DNA from: Blasia pusilla | Lineage: Eukaryota | Length of the DNA stretch: 64,000 bases | Reading direction: 5' to 3' | NCBI GenBank assembly: GCA_050084515.1 | Contig: CM114271.1 | Location: forward strand, 47,554,001-47,618,000 | Part shown: one piece after another, positions 12,544-27,600 of the stretch | Numbering within the stretch: the stretch's first letter is position 1 | Layout: every line of letters begins with the position of its first letter | Notes under the pieces: model-generated | Seen by the model: only the letters and a program-made list of their open reading frames with translations | The model's database searches: none | Told to the model about the DNA's origin: nothing | Position numbers and translations under genes: made by a program

Positions 12544-15500
12544 CTAAAAGCTAGGGATCCTTCTCTTCTTCTTGGAATTGGGGGTGCCGTGAACCTGTGC
12601 TTTGATGCCATAGGTCTTCAATTGGAAATTCTCAAACGCTTCGGAGACGACCTCCACCTGGAATTTCGAAGTGGCATTCAAATAACATGAGGATATCGAG
12701 TACGGCCTTCAAAATATAAATGTTTAGACATTGCACATTGTTAAGGTTACCGATGACTGCTCTTCAAAATAGGAATGGAGAAAGAATGGATCTCCAGAGG
12801 GAAGGAGAAAATACCAGCTCAGGTTTCTTTGAGTAAACACGAACTATTCTGTCGAGGAAGAAACCGGGTAACAGATGACTGATGCGGTCCTTTGGAATAT
12901 GAAACTTCTCGTTACTCTCATAATCCTGCAATTCAAATAGGTACATGTAAGGTACATATTTCTATTCAGGTTGGGTCCAACAGATACCCAGACCACTTTC
13001 CAAAGCACAGAGGCTCTAACTCTCCGGTACTTTTCTGAAATGAGAAACATATCCATCAGAAGCCGGGGCACCAAGCCATGGTGACACCCCAACGTTTGAG
13101 TACAAACACACACGAGGGATACGAAAATTGTAAATACCTGGAAAAAGCTGACACTGTAGAGTAGCATTCATGCATCAAAACCATGCAGAAAAATGGGTAG
13201 TTAGCTTCAAGTACTGAAGAATTTCTCAAATAACAAGAGCACAAAATAAGCCAAATTTGGGCTATAATATGAGATCATTGCGTTTACAGTCAAAAGTACA
13301 ACGCTGCATAAGTATGGTCCACGTGGTAGATTAAGTCCCGCTAGGTCTAGTGTAACTGCATCAGGTCCATGTTTGACAAACAATTGTCAAGCATTCCCAT
13401 CAAAAAAGCAGTGAAAGCCATGAAAACCGTGATGTGTATGCTCAAGGCACAATGCTTGTTGAGCCTGCCTAGCGAGAAAAAATGCGCCTCCATATCGTTT
13501 ACGTTGCAAATGATAAGACATTTTACACAGAATACGACCTCACATAAGGTAGATGGAGACATTATTAAACTGACTCAAGCGCCGATCGCAAGCAACCATG
13601 ACAGATTATGTGAAAAAATATATGAGGCAATACCCCATATTAAATCCAAGATGTGAGTCTAACATAACAGAGACTCGTCCCTGCAATCGGCAACCTGGGT
13701 CCATCTTTTCTTGATAATAAGCGACAGTAATATTTGTGGACTACTAGCAATTGCGTAGCCAGAAAATCTCAATGGTAAAAGCACAATATTAGGGAGTCTA
13801 GAAACCCAAGAAAAAGAAAATCCAAGTTGTGTGGTAAGGTACCTCTTTACAGGATCCTCTTGACCCCGGGTTAAGTCAATCTTCTGATTGCTCACAACAA
13901 TGTCTTCCTCTCTGAGCTCCACCCCAGACCGGGTCTAAACTTGGGAAAGAAGTGGACAGTTAGCAGTTCGGTACGAAACTCCTTTGTGTAGATTTTGAGA
14001 AGAAGCAAAGCTCAAACTATTTTGCACTTGCTCGAATTAGGCAATGCTGTATGGCAGAATAATCCCTGAATGTCCAAGTATTCCAGGGGAAACGCAAAAA
14101 TCACGCATTCCATTCATTGCAGGAAATTGATATCTCTTCCACACTCCCCGAGAAATTTCTCCCAGTGTCCAACCTGGGTTCAGCATCCCCTTTAGTATAA
14201 ATTTCAGAAAAGACACTTCCAATTTCAATAGAAGAGAAATGACCTGTGCACAAATGATGTCTTTGGCTGTGACTTGCTTGAAGTGCTCCAATTGATCTCT
14301 GGGCACAGAGTACTCATTGCAAAACTGTCCAATACCACAGACACAAACTTCTCAATTTTCTCTAAACCCTAGATGAACGTGGAATTCAGTAACAGCTTCA
14401 GGTCCGCAGCATCTGTCAGATCTCTTCAATTAAATTGTGTAGCGTTACACTTTTTCAAGCTTATAAAAACTTGGGAACGCTGAGAATTCAAGGGCCCTGT
14501 CTTCTTATGCAAGAGGCTACATAGAAAAAAGCTTAGTTTGAATTCCTAAATTTTCTTCCTAGTCTAAGCTAGCTCATTTATTCCATAAGAATGAGTCAAG
14601 TTTGTTACTTTCTTCCTTTCAGTTCAGAAAAAGCAAGTCTAGTAAATACTAGCAACTGTGGTTGACAATTCACAACGACAAGTGAATGCTTAGAAATCAG
14701 ATGAAGTGGTTACAAGTCATAAAGTCGGTGTGTGTATCTGGAGTTTTACAGGTCCACAATTCAATTGGACAAGTGTCTCAAGCCAACTCCCTCATCAATC
14801 TATCTGGTATGATTTGAATCAGAAATGTTGTCAGGAAATTAGAGGTCAGGTACTTATTTCTTGAAGGATGCCCTAATGGGAGTACCTTAGCCAACCAACC
14901 ATAGAGGCATTCATCTCTTAAACAAAAATACCTGATAAAGCTGCCTTCGCCGCAAGCGGAGGATGACATCCTGGGCTGGAAGAAGCTCGGGCTGAACAGC
15001 AGTTTCGATGGCCTTCAAAATTGTATCATCCAACTGGAACAACGCCCTTGTCAATCTCACAAAAATTAAGAAATACTACTAGCAGCAGTTCACATCTTAA
15101 CGTAGATCTTGTGTTGAATGTATATGAAGACCAATGTGTTGAAAATGCCACTGTGAGTTTGGACTGACAAGTTTTCTTAGTATTTGCTGAAGCTTAGTAG
15201 CCTATCCTTGTCTGTAAACAGTTTTATTCAGGGGAGGCCTATTTTTGAGCAAGGAGATCTTTTGTCAAGAATTCCTTTTGATCCAAATGAGTATTTCCTT
15301 AAGACTGGCCTACTGTTTTTAGGGTTCAGTTAGAGGTGTTCTCTTCAACTTCGTGTTCCAATTTCTCTGCAAATCGTTAGATCCCAATCAATTCAGGTAG
15401 CCAGTGAAATAAAGAGCTTCTTGATTAATATTTTGAGGCTCCGCACAAACACTCTTTATGGTCAGCACTCACACTACATGAGAGTCTCCCTCTTCTCATA

Positions 15501-18500
15501 TGCTACCTTCTTCAGATCTTCGTCTCCATGAACCCATCCCCAGTCTCTAGAACTGTCCAGGGTCTACGGTCACAAGACTATGACAGGCGCTACTCGATGA
15601 GTACAGTCTGTATATCCTTGCTATGTAATAGGTATTACGCAATCAAGGTAGTCTACTCAACTGAAAAGCTGTAATCCGAAGCTAATGGGCGCACAGTTCT
15701 AATTTAGATATGGTTTCCAACTGCCAATTTTGTGAAATTGACCATCCAAAAGATCGATTACCTTCCAAAATTCCTCAGGAGTTCGGGCCTGTTCTGCTAT
15801 CATGAGATAATCATTCGCCAGAAGAAATGCATCCGCCAACATTAACTCCATGGCCTAAAGTTATGCAATCACAAAAGGGAAACTTGATTCAGAGTTGTTT
15901 GCCTAATACACTCGACAGGAAATCAAAAAGACTAACTCCATCAAAGAACACCTACCAACCCTTATAGAAGTGACTAATGAAGGGTTTTATTTGTGACTCC
16001 ATTCATTTCAAAGAAATTATGTTGGGATACACAATTAGTAGTCACCTTCACTTTTGGATGAGTATAAACAGTTCTGTGGAGATCTGCTCTTGTTTGAAAC
16101 AAGTGATAGACATTTCTGGCTGAACGACAACCAAACCAGAGAGCAGACACTGTCTGTTAGCAACATATATTTAGACACACTAGGATTAAGATTTGACTAT
16201 ACCATAAGCACGAGATGTATGAAATTTTGATGAGTACAGTTCTTCAAAGGTGGAACAGGGAGTCGGATGAAATTAATGGTCTGTCAAAATTTCTCTGGAG
16301 CTTAGAAGAATAGGGACAACCTCGGGTGTCAATGACACTTGCCTATCGTTTGACAACCTCATGAACTGTAAATACAATGTATACAGTAGACCCAGGAGCT
16401 CACCTTCCTTGGCTCGGTAGCAGATCTCGTTGTCAATTACCCTCATATTCTCCATCAGCCTGGAATAGTTGAAGCTGTTCCCAATTCCGCATGCACGAGT
16501 ATCTCTCTCTATGTAATCAAATCTGCGTCCAGTAATTTTTAACTCATAATCTAAAGCTTTGCACACCTCAATCAAAAAATGAAAGAGGGAGAACAGCCAT
16601 CCATGTTGTGAATCACCTTGGCACTACACATGAATATTATCTGTTGACTCTAGTATTCTTAGTTCCTAGTTCAGATGTGTGCGTCAGTTTGGAAAGTCTT
16701 AGGATAAAAGAATACTTAGTTCCTAATTTATTTCAACCTCGGTAGAAACAGTGTATAGCCATTTCACCTGCTGTTTCTAGTACTTTAAAAAGGAGGCCTG
16801 ACATAAGTACCAAGTATTTTGCTCCACTCCCATAAAAGATTGAGAAGTGTCAAATTAAAGCCATGAGGGAAACAGTGAATAGTAAGTCCACAAAAATCTC
16901 TCTATTCCTTTTGAATTCAAGCATGATACCACTCTAAAATGTCAGTAAGAGCACTTACTTGTCCACATCTATCCCATTGCGTCCATTTGCCACAATATCA
17001 AAGAGGAAACGCTTTTCTCTGGAAGCCTACACATATTACAAGAAGAGCGTAAGTGCATCTTACTGAGAACGTCCAGAACACAAGTACCATGGGAGAGTTG
17101 CGAGGGATGAACTAATCTTAGAGCACAAGGAATCTCATTGTGAATCTGTGTCAATTCACAATGACTTCAACTGGTAAAAGAAGGGAAATCTGAAGTGAAG
17201 TGAAGGTCCGTCACCTATCATCTACTTTACATGTAGCTGAAAATTAGAAACAGAAATCAGGACAAGACATCTCATGTCTTACTTGGATATTTACAGTAGC
17301 AGAGCTAGCAAGTATCATTTCCTGCACCAGATCATACAACCATTATTACATTACCAATATTCTTGCCAGAAGTATCCAACTATCTTAATGCCTTCAAACA
17401 GAATCCTGTACATATAGCAAATTATATAGCCACAGCCTTCGCTTGCTACAGCACCTCATTCCTCCTGACGGATTGTACCATTGACATGGTAAAGAAAATT
17501 CATGTTCTGCCTTACCTTAACTCTTCGCAATTGGCCTGAGTCAATATCAATATGGTGCAGATCAACTATATAATCGATCATGTCAACCGACATTTGTTCG
17601 TGGGTCCTGCAGGCCGAAAGCACACAGAAAAAAATTATTTTCAGTACACTTCAATGGTCTGGGTTGATGATTTCATTGGAGCCAGCAGAGCTTAAGGCCA
17701 CGAAATTTTAACCTTGAAATCTGCTATTAGAAGGGAACCAAACTGACCATTTTTCACCTGGCAATATCTTAGGAAGGAACTCATTATCGAAGACATGGCT
17801 GAAGGGGCCATGACCTAGGTCATGAAGTAGTCCTGCAATGGTGCATGCCAAATTGACACAAAAAGGCTTAATTGCGGCAATTGTCCAGTTAAGACTGATT
17901 TTGGACCATCACCTTTCAAGATGAAAGCAGATATTTAGGTGAAATCTAGTGGTCACTTAGACACTTTACGAACATCAGGAGACTCACCTCTCAAACTGAA
18001 ACGAGAAACCTACGAAACCCTACAAGGTATGACATCAACATCCCTAGTGTAGAAAGCGAGTAATAAAACCAGCCTATTTTCTCACATGCTCGTATGTATG
18101 ACCAATCATAATGAGTGAAGTTCGAACCTGCTAATTTGACTGTCCTGACATCGTACGAGTCGATGCCAAGTTCATCTCCCTGAAATTGCATCGCTCCATA
18201 TGGTTAATCTATAGGGCTCAAGTTCCCGTGGCAAACTTTCTTTGCTTTCCATGCACAGCCGTTTTCCTGCAAAAGCTATGTAACGCATACACCCTGTCCT
18301 TGCTTCTATAATTTACCAGTTTCCTAGAATGTAACTTTGAAGGACCAGATGGGAATTACTTGGAAATTTTTGAGCCGACTTATAGCTTGATCGGCTAAAT
18401 AGTAAGTCCCAAGAGAATGTTCGAATCTGGTGTGCACTGCCCCAGGAAAAACCAGGTGGCAAACACCTGTCAAGACAATAACACAACTGTGTCAGACCTC

Positions 18501-19945
18501 AAGGAGACATAGCAATCATCGGAGGTGCATTTTCCGGGAGATTTCACAAAACATTTTACGTATTTCTGGTAAATATTACCTACTTAACAGGAAAGACTAA
18601 GTAGTCTGAATCTAAATTTCCCCCCAAAACATACACCGAGTCTCATGAAGAAAGATCATCTTTGTGAGCAAAGAAAGTGCAGAATCGTGTTACCTAACTG
18701 CCTCACATCCCGTAGTCTGCATCCGTTCACAAGTAAACAACCAGGAAGTTGCCGAAGGTTAGCATGGGCAAAAGTAATCACATCTTAACCAATGTCTCGA
18801 TAGAAATCACCATGGCAGATATTATTGAGCAAAAGAAGTTCTCACGCCACCACACCCTATTTCTATCGTATTTTTAAGAATTCGATTGAAGCAAGTGATA
18901 AAACTCAATATGGTAGATTTCCCCACTAACCTCTGAAACTGTTCGGTGTCCACGAAACTCAGGCTTAGCTGCAAAATAAAACAAAGCGTTCAGTCCTATT
19001 CGAATTGAAGTGTCTCGAGTCTCTAGTCTTCTACAACAGCTGGAATTCTTGGAAAGAGGTATGCAGAAGAACACATGGTCAGCATGTGCACTCCGACAAA
19101 GAGACGCAAGTTTCGCAATCAGATTCTAGAGTTCAAATGTCAGGATAAGCCTGATCGGCAATCCTTAGTGCTACCTTAGTTGACGGCATGCTTTAGGAGG
19201 GGGTAAATTTGAATAGTGTCAAGACTCTTTTCATCGCGCTTGGTCGAGTGAGGGATATGAAGAAGGGGCAGACAGTGGATTCTCATTCGAAGCAGGTCCA
19301 CCGAGGATGGGACTAAGCGACGCATAGATTTTGCTTCACGACAGGGTAACGACAGCGCCTGATGACCATCCTACGGACCTTAACTGAGATTTTTTTGCAA
19401 ATTGGTCCTTACAGAGTCACCGAAGGGTCCGAACTGGAAACCGATTTCTTATTGGACTGTTTCTGGACTTGAACGTTTAATCCGCGAAATTGAAAAATGG
19501 CGCCGAGATGTACAGATTATGACCAATTGCTTTGCTCTTCGAATTTACAGTCCACCGAGTCACCGATACACTTTTGAATTGAAAATTTTGGACCATATCG
19601 AGCCTCTCATAGGGCGGGAGGACGGGAATTCTCAGTGGGATAGCGAATATCAGAAAGAGACAATCTACTAGGAAGACAATGTCTAATTTCCTCCTTGAGC
19701 ATCTCTTCGTAACCACGAGGTGAAAGAATGGAGTCTGTTTAAACAACTGTATCAACCAATTTTTTGCCGCCCTCTCTTTCTTGCAGAATTACAAAATGAG
19801 AACAAAAACAGACCGGATCAACATAGATCGATTGGTGCACATTGTCGTGCATGCACTTCGTGTGCCGACGCTCTTGAAACACATGCCCGGTGGCATTCTG
19901 CGAAAGCGTCAAAGCGTCGTCATTGTCACTGTGACGCAATCCCAT
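12544..19945 (-). CDS. VEN4: HD-domain dNTP triphosphohydrolase, SAMHD1/VENOSA4 homolog, many short exons
   Basis: Exons encode [73 protein letters not shown] and, at the C-terminus, [30 protein letters not shown] ending at TAG 12544-12546. The start may be 19945 or the upstream in-frame ATG at 19984. Confidence 0.88.
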
Positions 19946-21346
19946 CGCTCTCGGCAATTTGCAGTCTCCAAGCTCCAAAATCATGTCGAAGAAAAAGTCT
20001 AGCTCTTCGAATTCGCAACCGAATTCACCGCATTCCGCCCCATAAAATACTCCTCGCTACACCGATGAACAACCCGTACAATAAACGAGAAATCCGCGCC
20101 CCCCGCCCCCCCACCCCTTCCCCGGCGGCAAAAGGCAGCAATTTCAAACCTGCAGCAACTCCCAAATCAATCAAGCAAGCAACGCTCGCAGCTTCTGCCG
20201 CTACCGTCAGCAGCCGCGCCGCCACAGCAAATAAAATTAGATATCTGAAGCAAACCATCACACGGCCACGGACACGAGCTCGATAGGATTCGAACCCGTA
20301 CGACGCGCTGTCTTACGCGTACCCTCCCTTGTTTCACGTTCCTCAGCCAAAACGCGCAGAATATTCGCGCTGCGAGTAGCGCTCCACCAGCGGACAATAG
20401 AAAGTGGAAGCCGAAAGAGAGAAATAAGACCTTCACCTCACATTAGCTTCTGCAACTTCACTTCTGCAAGGTCTCCAGTCACGTGTGCCATTTGTCCTCA
20501 GTACAGTGCGACTGCTCCTCATATCAAGCATCTCGCGGGATGAAGTAGCGTCTTCCGTGACAGTTCCGTCCGCCGTGAACGTTGACGTCGTCTCCAGCAC
20601 AGCGACCCATCTACACCGGAATCACGACGGCTAGCGCCTGGCCTCCCTCCACTGTCCCATCTATTCCTTCTTGCCACGTTGTACGGTCATTACGGTATTA
20701 GGGGAGTATTTGACTACTGATTCGGGAGCTCGTTTATTTATTTATTTATTTTCTAAACCCATTTGATTTTAATCCATTCAAAACTGGCAAAAAGTAGATT
20801 GATTAGCGTATGCCTAAACCCTGAATTACCTTCCAAAATACCGTCGAGTGTCATTTTCAATCAACTTCAAACCATCTTATTGATTAAAAAGGCAAGCGAT
20901 CCTGTGAAAAATGAAGAGTCATTCTCCAAGATAAATTTAAACGACCGCAGTTGAATGTTTTGTAAAAAGGGAAATACGTCTCTCCATGCTGCAAGGTCGT
21001 ATTTTACATAAGGAATCTTTCATTTTACTAGGTATTGTTTTGTGTATAGCGTTTATAGCGTGCAATTTAAATAGGTAGGCAGTGTGGTTGGATATCCCAC
21101 GTAAGGAGGTGTGTATCTCCTCCGGCACCCCGCACTCAAAAGACGATAAGTTCATACAAAATTACTATGGAATGATGTCCATAACTATGGCATAAAATTT
21201 GAGACGCCATAGTAATTCATTGCTTATTTAAACAAGATACCCAAGAAACACTTTAGTATACCAAGGTCTTGGTTAGAGTTACAACAATTTTCCATATCCT
21301 CAAAATGAAGAGAGAACATCATTTAATTTTAATTTTTCTATAAATA

Positions 21347-24300
21347 CTAGTAAGATGCTTGTGCCATACGTCGGTACATAAATTTGAGAATTGAGAATAA
21401 ATATGAATGTCTAAGATATCTTAATCCCATTGAAAAAAAAATAGGAGTTTATTTCATGCAAGAATTTTTTTATACATCATATTTCGGGTGTAATCATCTT
21501 TCTCATCGGAATGTCTATCATTGCCATTCATAATATGAATTGAACGCCTTTGTCCTACTCTAAATCATGCCACATATAATTGGCAATGAGAAAATACATG
21601 CGTAAGTAAGTAAATTCCATTTTTTTGATCTTGTGACTTATTAATAATTATAGTCCATGGAAGGATAGGGAATTGCAATCTACATAAATCAAAAGACAAG
21701 CCCAACTTAGAAGCAATCAAAGTGATATGTGGAATGAAAACTCGATCTCCAAGGTTCTTCCCAATAGTGATTTTAGCATCTATAACATGTCACATGAATC
21801 CACAAATGATCAATCGAGTGTCACACGCTTGTCCTTTTACATTGTTCATGTTTCAAAAATAATAATTTTTGCATCTATCATGTAGATTTTGGAGGTAGTC
21901 AAGAAGGTAAGATTGTATTCAAGAATTTTTTGGGATGGATATAATTCATTCCCTAGTATGAAAAGGACGCAACACTAAGATAAGTTGGCTCATATACATA
22001 CCACACAATGCAAAAAAAAATTCCCAATAATTCTCCTAAATAGGATTATTTCATGAATTAAGATACAATTATTTAGAGTATCAACATTAGGAGTAGTGAT
22101 GATAATCTCTTCTTAAAATCAAGACATGACTTCTACATTTATGTCATCAATATTTATATTTTTTTATGTGAGAATAGTTGTATCTCTTAAAAATTTGATG
22201 ATATAAAATCACCGAAGATCATTCCTATATATAATATCAATAAAATAATTTACATCCTTACTATAAATAACCATGTTACATGGTTGTTAAATAATCGTCT
22301 CCCAAAGAACTCTGTAGAGACACACAACCCTCTCCTACCTCCAATAACCAATAAAAAAAAGATGTTGATGAATACGCATATGCTCTCCCAAAATTTTGAA
22401 CTCTCATATTTGTATTAAGCTTCATCATCCTCACATAAGATGATAAATTTGATCTCTCTAAAGTGGCTTGAATAAGTTTTGGATGATCCCTATGGCGAAT
22501 GACAAAGAAAACTTGACAAAAATCACCACCAGAAATAATGAACTTTCCCCAAAATTTTCGTATGTCTACATAGTCTCATTGAACGTAAATCTTTAGTATT
22601 GCAGAAGCGTGCGTTCAATAGGACACACTCTCAATGTTGATCTGCATCTAAACACTCACTCACATTAGTCGAGTCTGGGTCAATTAACATTCTACCTTTC
22701 CAAGTTCTCGACTCGGCCTCTCATCAAGCTCAACCTTCCTAGTTTCTTAGTTTACAACACATGCAAGTCTCTCAAGACTTGGGACACACTTTCTGCTCGG
22801 TTGAGGAACCACAAACGGCGTTTGCATGCTTGGCGGTCCCAACTGTCCAATGGAAATCCAATGAGTCCCTCACTGAAACTCAAAAAAATGAGTCGCGGGT
22901 TGGAATCCAAGTGTGGCTTAAGAAATCCACTCCCTTGCATTAGATTTGGGTTTTGAGTCCCAACGCCAAACTCCCATTCCATCCCGTGCCCTTGAGGCGC
23001 CGTTTGGCGCCCAAATTGGGGTTTGGGTTCCAAAAAACTTTGGAGACATTCCCCCTTACTAGTACTTTTGGGGATCTCCCGCCTTCCTCTAACTTTAGGG
23101 AAAGACCGAAGGTCCGTAAGTGGGCCCTCGGCCTGTGGTTGGCCGTCACGGGGGGCACTCCCTTCCAATCAACTACATAGATGCTACGATCTCATACGAA
23201 AGCTAAGCACACCAGTGTGCATCATGTTTGTTTATGCGGCCATTATTCTATGTGATCTCAGGTTAAGTCTCTTTGAAGCTGGCACACGAACCAAATAAGA
23301 GCAAATTGAAAAAGGGTGCAGCTCTCTCCTTGCCGTAAGGGATCTCATCGCTCAACCAATTATGCTGCTCAAGCAACTGCAGAAAATGCCGCGCAAGCTG
23401 CCATTCAATACAATCGGGCCCCTTATTTTGGCCCTCAATCCAACTCCTAAACAGTCTTTTCCGGAAAATATCTCAACCTTTGCTCGAGCGTTTTCTTAGA
23501 TCTTTAGTGCGTTGTAATCTTCTTTGCATAAGCTTTCCAACGCCACCTTATCTGTTCCAAATGCATCTTGGGACTTAACGTTATGATCCAAAACACAGTC
23601 AAAATCCCCAAATGCTAGACGCGTTCCAAATCTGGTTCTCACCTCTTTGGCAACCAACTTCTTAGACTCAACTCATCTCAAGTCTTGGTTCATGTTTGGT
23701 TCATGTTTCGTGATCGCGACCATAAACGCATGAAACGCACAAACTCTATTGCGCATTTTGTCTCTTGGACTTTTCCAGGAGACCTCTCCAAAGCGCAACC
23801 ATCCTAGCGTGAGCCCACTAAAGTTGTGATGTTTCGCTTGGCGTTCGTTTGGTGGTAAGTGCCTTGTACATAGTGCATCTAACAATGATATAACTATCCC
23901 ATTGGATGAGATAACTAAAGTAGCACCTCTTGGACTTTTTATATTTGCAAGGAGAAGATTATATAAGAAAGTCGTCCCTACTCCACTTGGGCCATCAATG
24001 ACTTTTTTTCCAAAAGGTAGAATATTATGTGTAATTTTATCCAATTAATCACGTATAGCATCCTAAATGATTTGTCATCCATCAATCAAAGACAGTCTCC
24101 CTACTTCTAACTTCTTCACATAACCATCTCAATCATTCTAGAACTCCTCTTCCTCCAAAACTCTAGGGGAATAAGGGATTCAAAGTCTGGGTCATGGCAT
24201 GTTCGAAAAATGAGATATCTGAATCTTGCAAATGATGATGTACTTCCAAACCACACGTGAAATCCTTCAAAATTTTCCTGGATCGAGTTTTGAAGGCCAA

Positions 24301-24430
24301 AAATTTCTTAGGATAGTGATGATGAGCTACGTTTCATTTGTCTTCCATGAGAAAGATTCAATTGATTCTATTAGGGTACTCCCTCCAAGTGAGATTTATG
24401 TGTCAGTCGCTAGAGATTTATCCTTCCATG
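21347..24430 (-). mobile_element. Degenerate Helitron (Pif1-type helicase remnants), interrupted by a repeat insertion
   Basis: Minus-strand fragments IDGPSGVGTTFLYNLLLA (Walker A region) and GKFIISGGDFCQV...KLNTNMRV, plus FSHCQLYVA-like residues, with many stops and frameshifts. Candidate 3' end is CTAG|T at 21347 with an imperfect GC hairpin just inside. Confidence 0.7.
22600..23870. repeat. Dispersed LTR-like repeat ('family Z') inserted in the Helitron
   Basis: 23400-23870 is the reverse complement of parts of 49259-49930, and 22615-22760 resembles 47715-47835. It ends in TGTACA at 23870 and splits the helicase fragments. Confidence 0.6.
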
Positions 24431-24677
24431 TAATTATAGCCAATGCACATACATGATGTACTAGTATACTAGTGAGTGCCCTGAGTCGGTATTATGCATG
24501 AAAAAAAAAAAGCCTTTAAATTTTATGTAGACATATATGACAATTTTCTTAAAAAGTATCCTGAATTGGGTCACCTTAAGAAATTTATTTTTGAGTATAC
24601 AATGTCGACCGAAGTAACACACCGAAAAGATGCATCTACTAGTTAGGACCCGTGAGGGGACCGTGCAGCGTTTAACT

Positions 24678-24697
24678 CTAAACCCTAAACCCTAAAC
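24678..24697. repeat. Short interstitial plant telomeric repeat / telo-box (CCCTAAA)n
   Basis: ctctaaaccctaaaccctaaac. Confidence 0.5.
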
Positions 24698-27600
24698 GCC
24701 TCATTCCCGGTCCCCAACTTTGAATGTTACTTGAATGCCCCCTATCCGAATGCCCATGCCACGTGATGGACTATCACTGTCGCCAATTGACAATAATATA
24801 GATTTATGACCGCCAATAGTCACTTTGTAAGCAACTTGACCATGATAAAACTCCACGCTAGTTAGTGATAGACTCCGTATGTAGATATCTACGATCTAGA
24901 ACCCTAGTGTGCACAGGTCATGTGAATTTAAGGAGAACAAACCGATGCTTAGTAGTAATGCGAAATTAATCTACAGAAATCCTTGCAAAACTTATATATG
25001 AGAAAATATTCGACGCAAGGATCCAGATTGACGGCTACAAGTTGACATGATCATTGTGATCAATGAGACCTCCCCAAATTATACCGCGTAACAATTTAGA
25101 TTCTCTTCTTTGGGGTTTAAGTCACCACACATGAGATGACGAATTTTCTTTCAATAGACCCTACCCATCTAATTTAGATGTTCTCCTCTCACCGTACCCA
25201 CCCCAGCGAGTTTACAATGCTTTTTCCCCCACTCTTATCTGATGTCAGATTTTTTATGGACATTAGCCCGATGTATTTATTCTTTCCCCTCTTATAGTTG
25301 TCCTCTCGTTGGAAAAGGGGGTAGAGAGTTTTTTTCGCAAGGATTTTATTTCAATTAAAACAAATCTTTCTCATCTCGTCTTCTACGATGATTTTTCCTT
25401 TCCAGTTTTGGGTCACCAAAATTTTGTAGAGACTCAAAAAAATTCCTTTATCGTCCAAACCAAAATATTATTGATTGTCAAACCAATTCTACTTTGCTCT
25501 CACATGCATAATACTCTCACGGTACTCTAGTAAAAATTTCATGATCTAATTTCAACATACTAAACCTTACCCCAAAAATATGTACATGCAAAAATTTGAG
25601 CACTGCTTTAATAGTTGTTATCTTCAATTCAAAAAGTACCTTTAAGCAAACATACACACAAACTTGAATATTGTACTGAGAAATTTTTTTCTTCTGCCCC
25701 GTCGTCATATGCACTCTCCAATAATAACGAAATGATATGGGAACAAGCACAACACGGAACTCCAAAGCAAGTGCGCGTTTCTTAGCCGCTTAGAACAACC
25801 TCACGAGAAGGGCGATGCTGAATCTCGTTACGAGCGATGGGATTCCTTCTATTCTATTGTTAGGAGGAGCAAATGGCCCCGTGAGATTGTACTCTTCCAC
25901 GCAGGCATGCGCAGTGCGCACATGAGATTCTGTCACTTCCACGCGCACACGAAAAGCGAGCTAGCAAGTAGCTCGCTTGCTTGCTGATGAAGTGGTCGAG
26001 ACGGTTGCGAAGGCGGCTCGGAGGTGAATGATTTTCGAGGGAGTCTGTAACTCCTGACGTCCGTCCAGGTGGTTGTTTTTAGAGAACCGGTACATCTCGT
26101 TCTTCAACAAACGCTCGCGGTACACGATTAGGAAGGCGCCTCGGGGGGGGGGAATATGGTGACATTGCTATTCCCGACTCAAGACCGTGAAGAGACGACG
26201 AGTTCAGAAGAGCGGCAAGAACTTGATTCCAGATTCCCGCAAGCGCAGAAGTGACAGATTAACCACATCGTTTGCGCTGCTCCACCAATCGCAATCGACC
26301 TCGCGCAAGAACAGCCATAGCAAGAACTTGGCTCATAATTCTCTAGCTTCAAACTCCCTCTCCTCCCACATTTCTGGTATTTATAATTATAATCGTGGAT
26401 GCCAGTTTTTTAAGTTTCTCCGATTTTGGTCGGTTATTTGATACGAAATACAAAGGAATCTTGTGTTTTCAGTTAGATTTAAGCCGGAAATTCAGGAAAG
26501 GAACGTTGAGATTTGAACCAGATCAACAAGTAACCCTGGTTGTCCGGGACGTTGGTGAGTAATAGTCCTCATTATTCGTTACTAGTAGGTTGTTCGTGAT
26601 ACGCTTTCCTCGATAGAAGACCTTAAAAAAAAATAGAAAACCTTAAAAAACAGGTGTTAATAATAGTTTTAAAATTTATATTTATGTTTTAAAAATTAAT
26701 TTAATTTTAAATTTTAAGTATAATTTTTATTTAAAAAAATTTTCATCTTGAGAAACAATACCCATCTACCCTTAATAATTTTACTCTTCCGTAAAAATTG
26801 GAAAATAACTATTTTTCCCCTCTCATTCTTCCCACGAAAATAATATTGAATAATTTAATTATTAATTAATTTTAATAAATGAAATAATTTTAAATTTTTC
26901 ATTCAAATTCGTTTTCCTTTCCCAAAATATCACATGTGAATTAATAAATTTATTTTAAAAAAATTTAATTATTCTTCCCAAATTTTAAATATAATTTCTA
27001 TTTTCTAAAATCTTAGAAGAGTATTAAAATTTCATTCTTGTAAGAAATTACAATCCTCCATTCAAATTTAAATAATATCCCAACCCCCTAAGTAATTTTA
27101 CACTTCCATTAAATTTAACCTAAATCTACTCCTTCTCAATTAAAATTTATTTTCCCTATCCATCAAATATGAAGTAGGACATAAATTCTAAATTTTTTGT
27201 TATTTATCAAAATTATTTTACTTTATTGATACTTTTAATAATACATTATAATATTAATTAAATTATTCATTGATTAATAAAAAATTCCTTTTCCATTCAA
27301 AAATTTCCTCTCTCCCTATTTCTACCCATTTAATATGATTCAAACAACGAACTATCTTGTCTTATTATCTCGCTATCTTGTCAGATTATGCACATGGGAT
27401 TGTCAATTATTATATAGATTCGTAGCATATGCCTTCGGGTAGTGCGAATTGGAATGTCACGCTTCATTCACAAAATAATTCACGCTTTCGGATTAAATTG
27501 TAAAATTTTTGACATATGTATGTAATGTTATTAAATGGTCGTTTATTTTTTAGGAGTTAGTAGTATTATTGGATAGGATTTCATTTATATTAAAATTTAT

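Noticed and set aside
12544-19945. Functional link between the SAMHD1 homolog (a retroelement restriction factor in animals) and the nearby retroelements
   Set aside because: It is an ordinary conserved intron-rich plant gene 30 kb away, and nothing in the sequence supports a connection.
22590-23880. TSD around the family Z insertion
   Set aside because: Only a 3-4 bp TAG(T) match with an ambiguous left boundary; not convincing.
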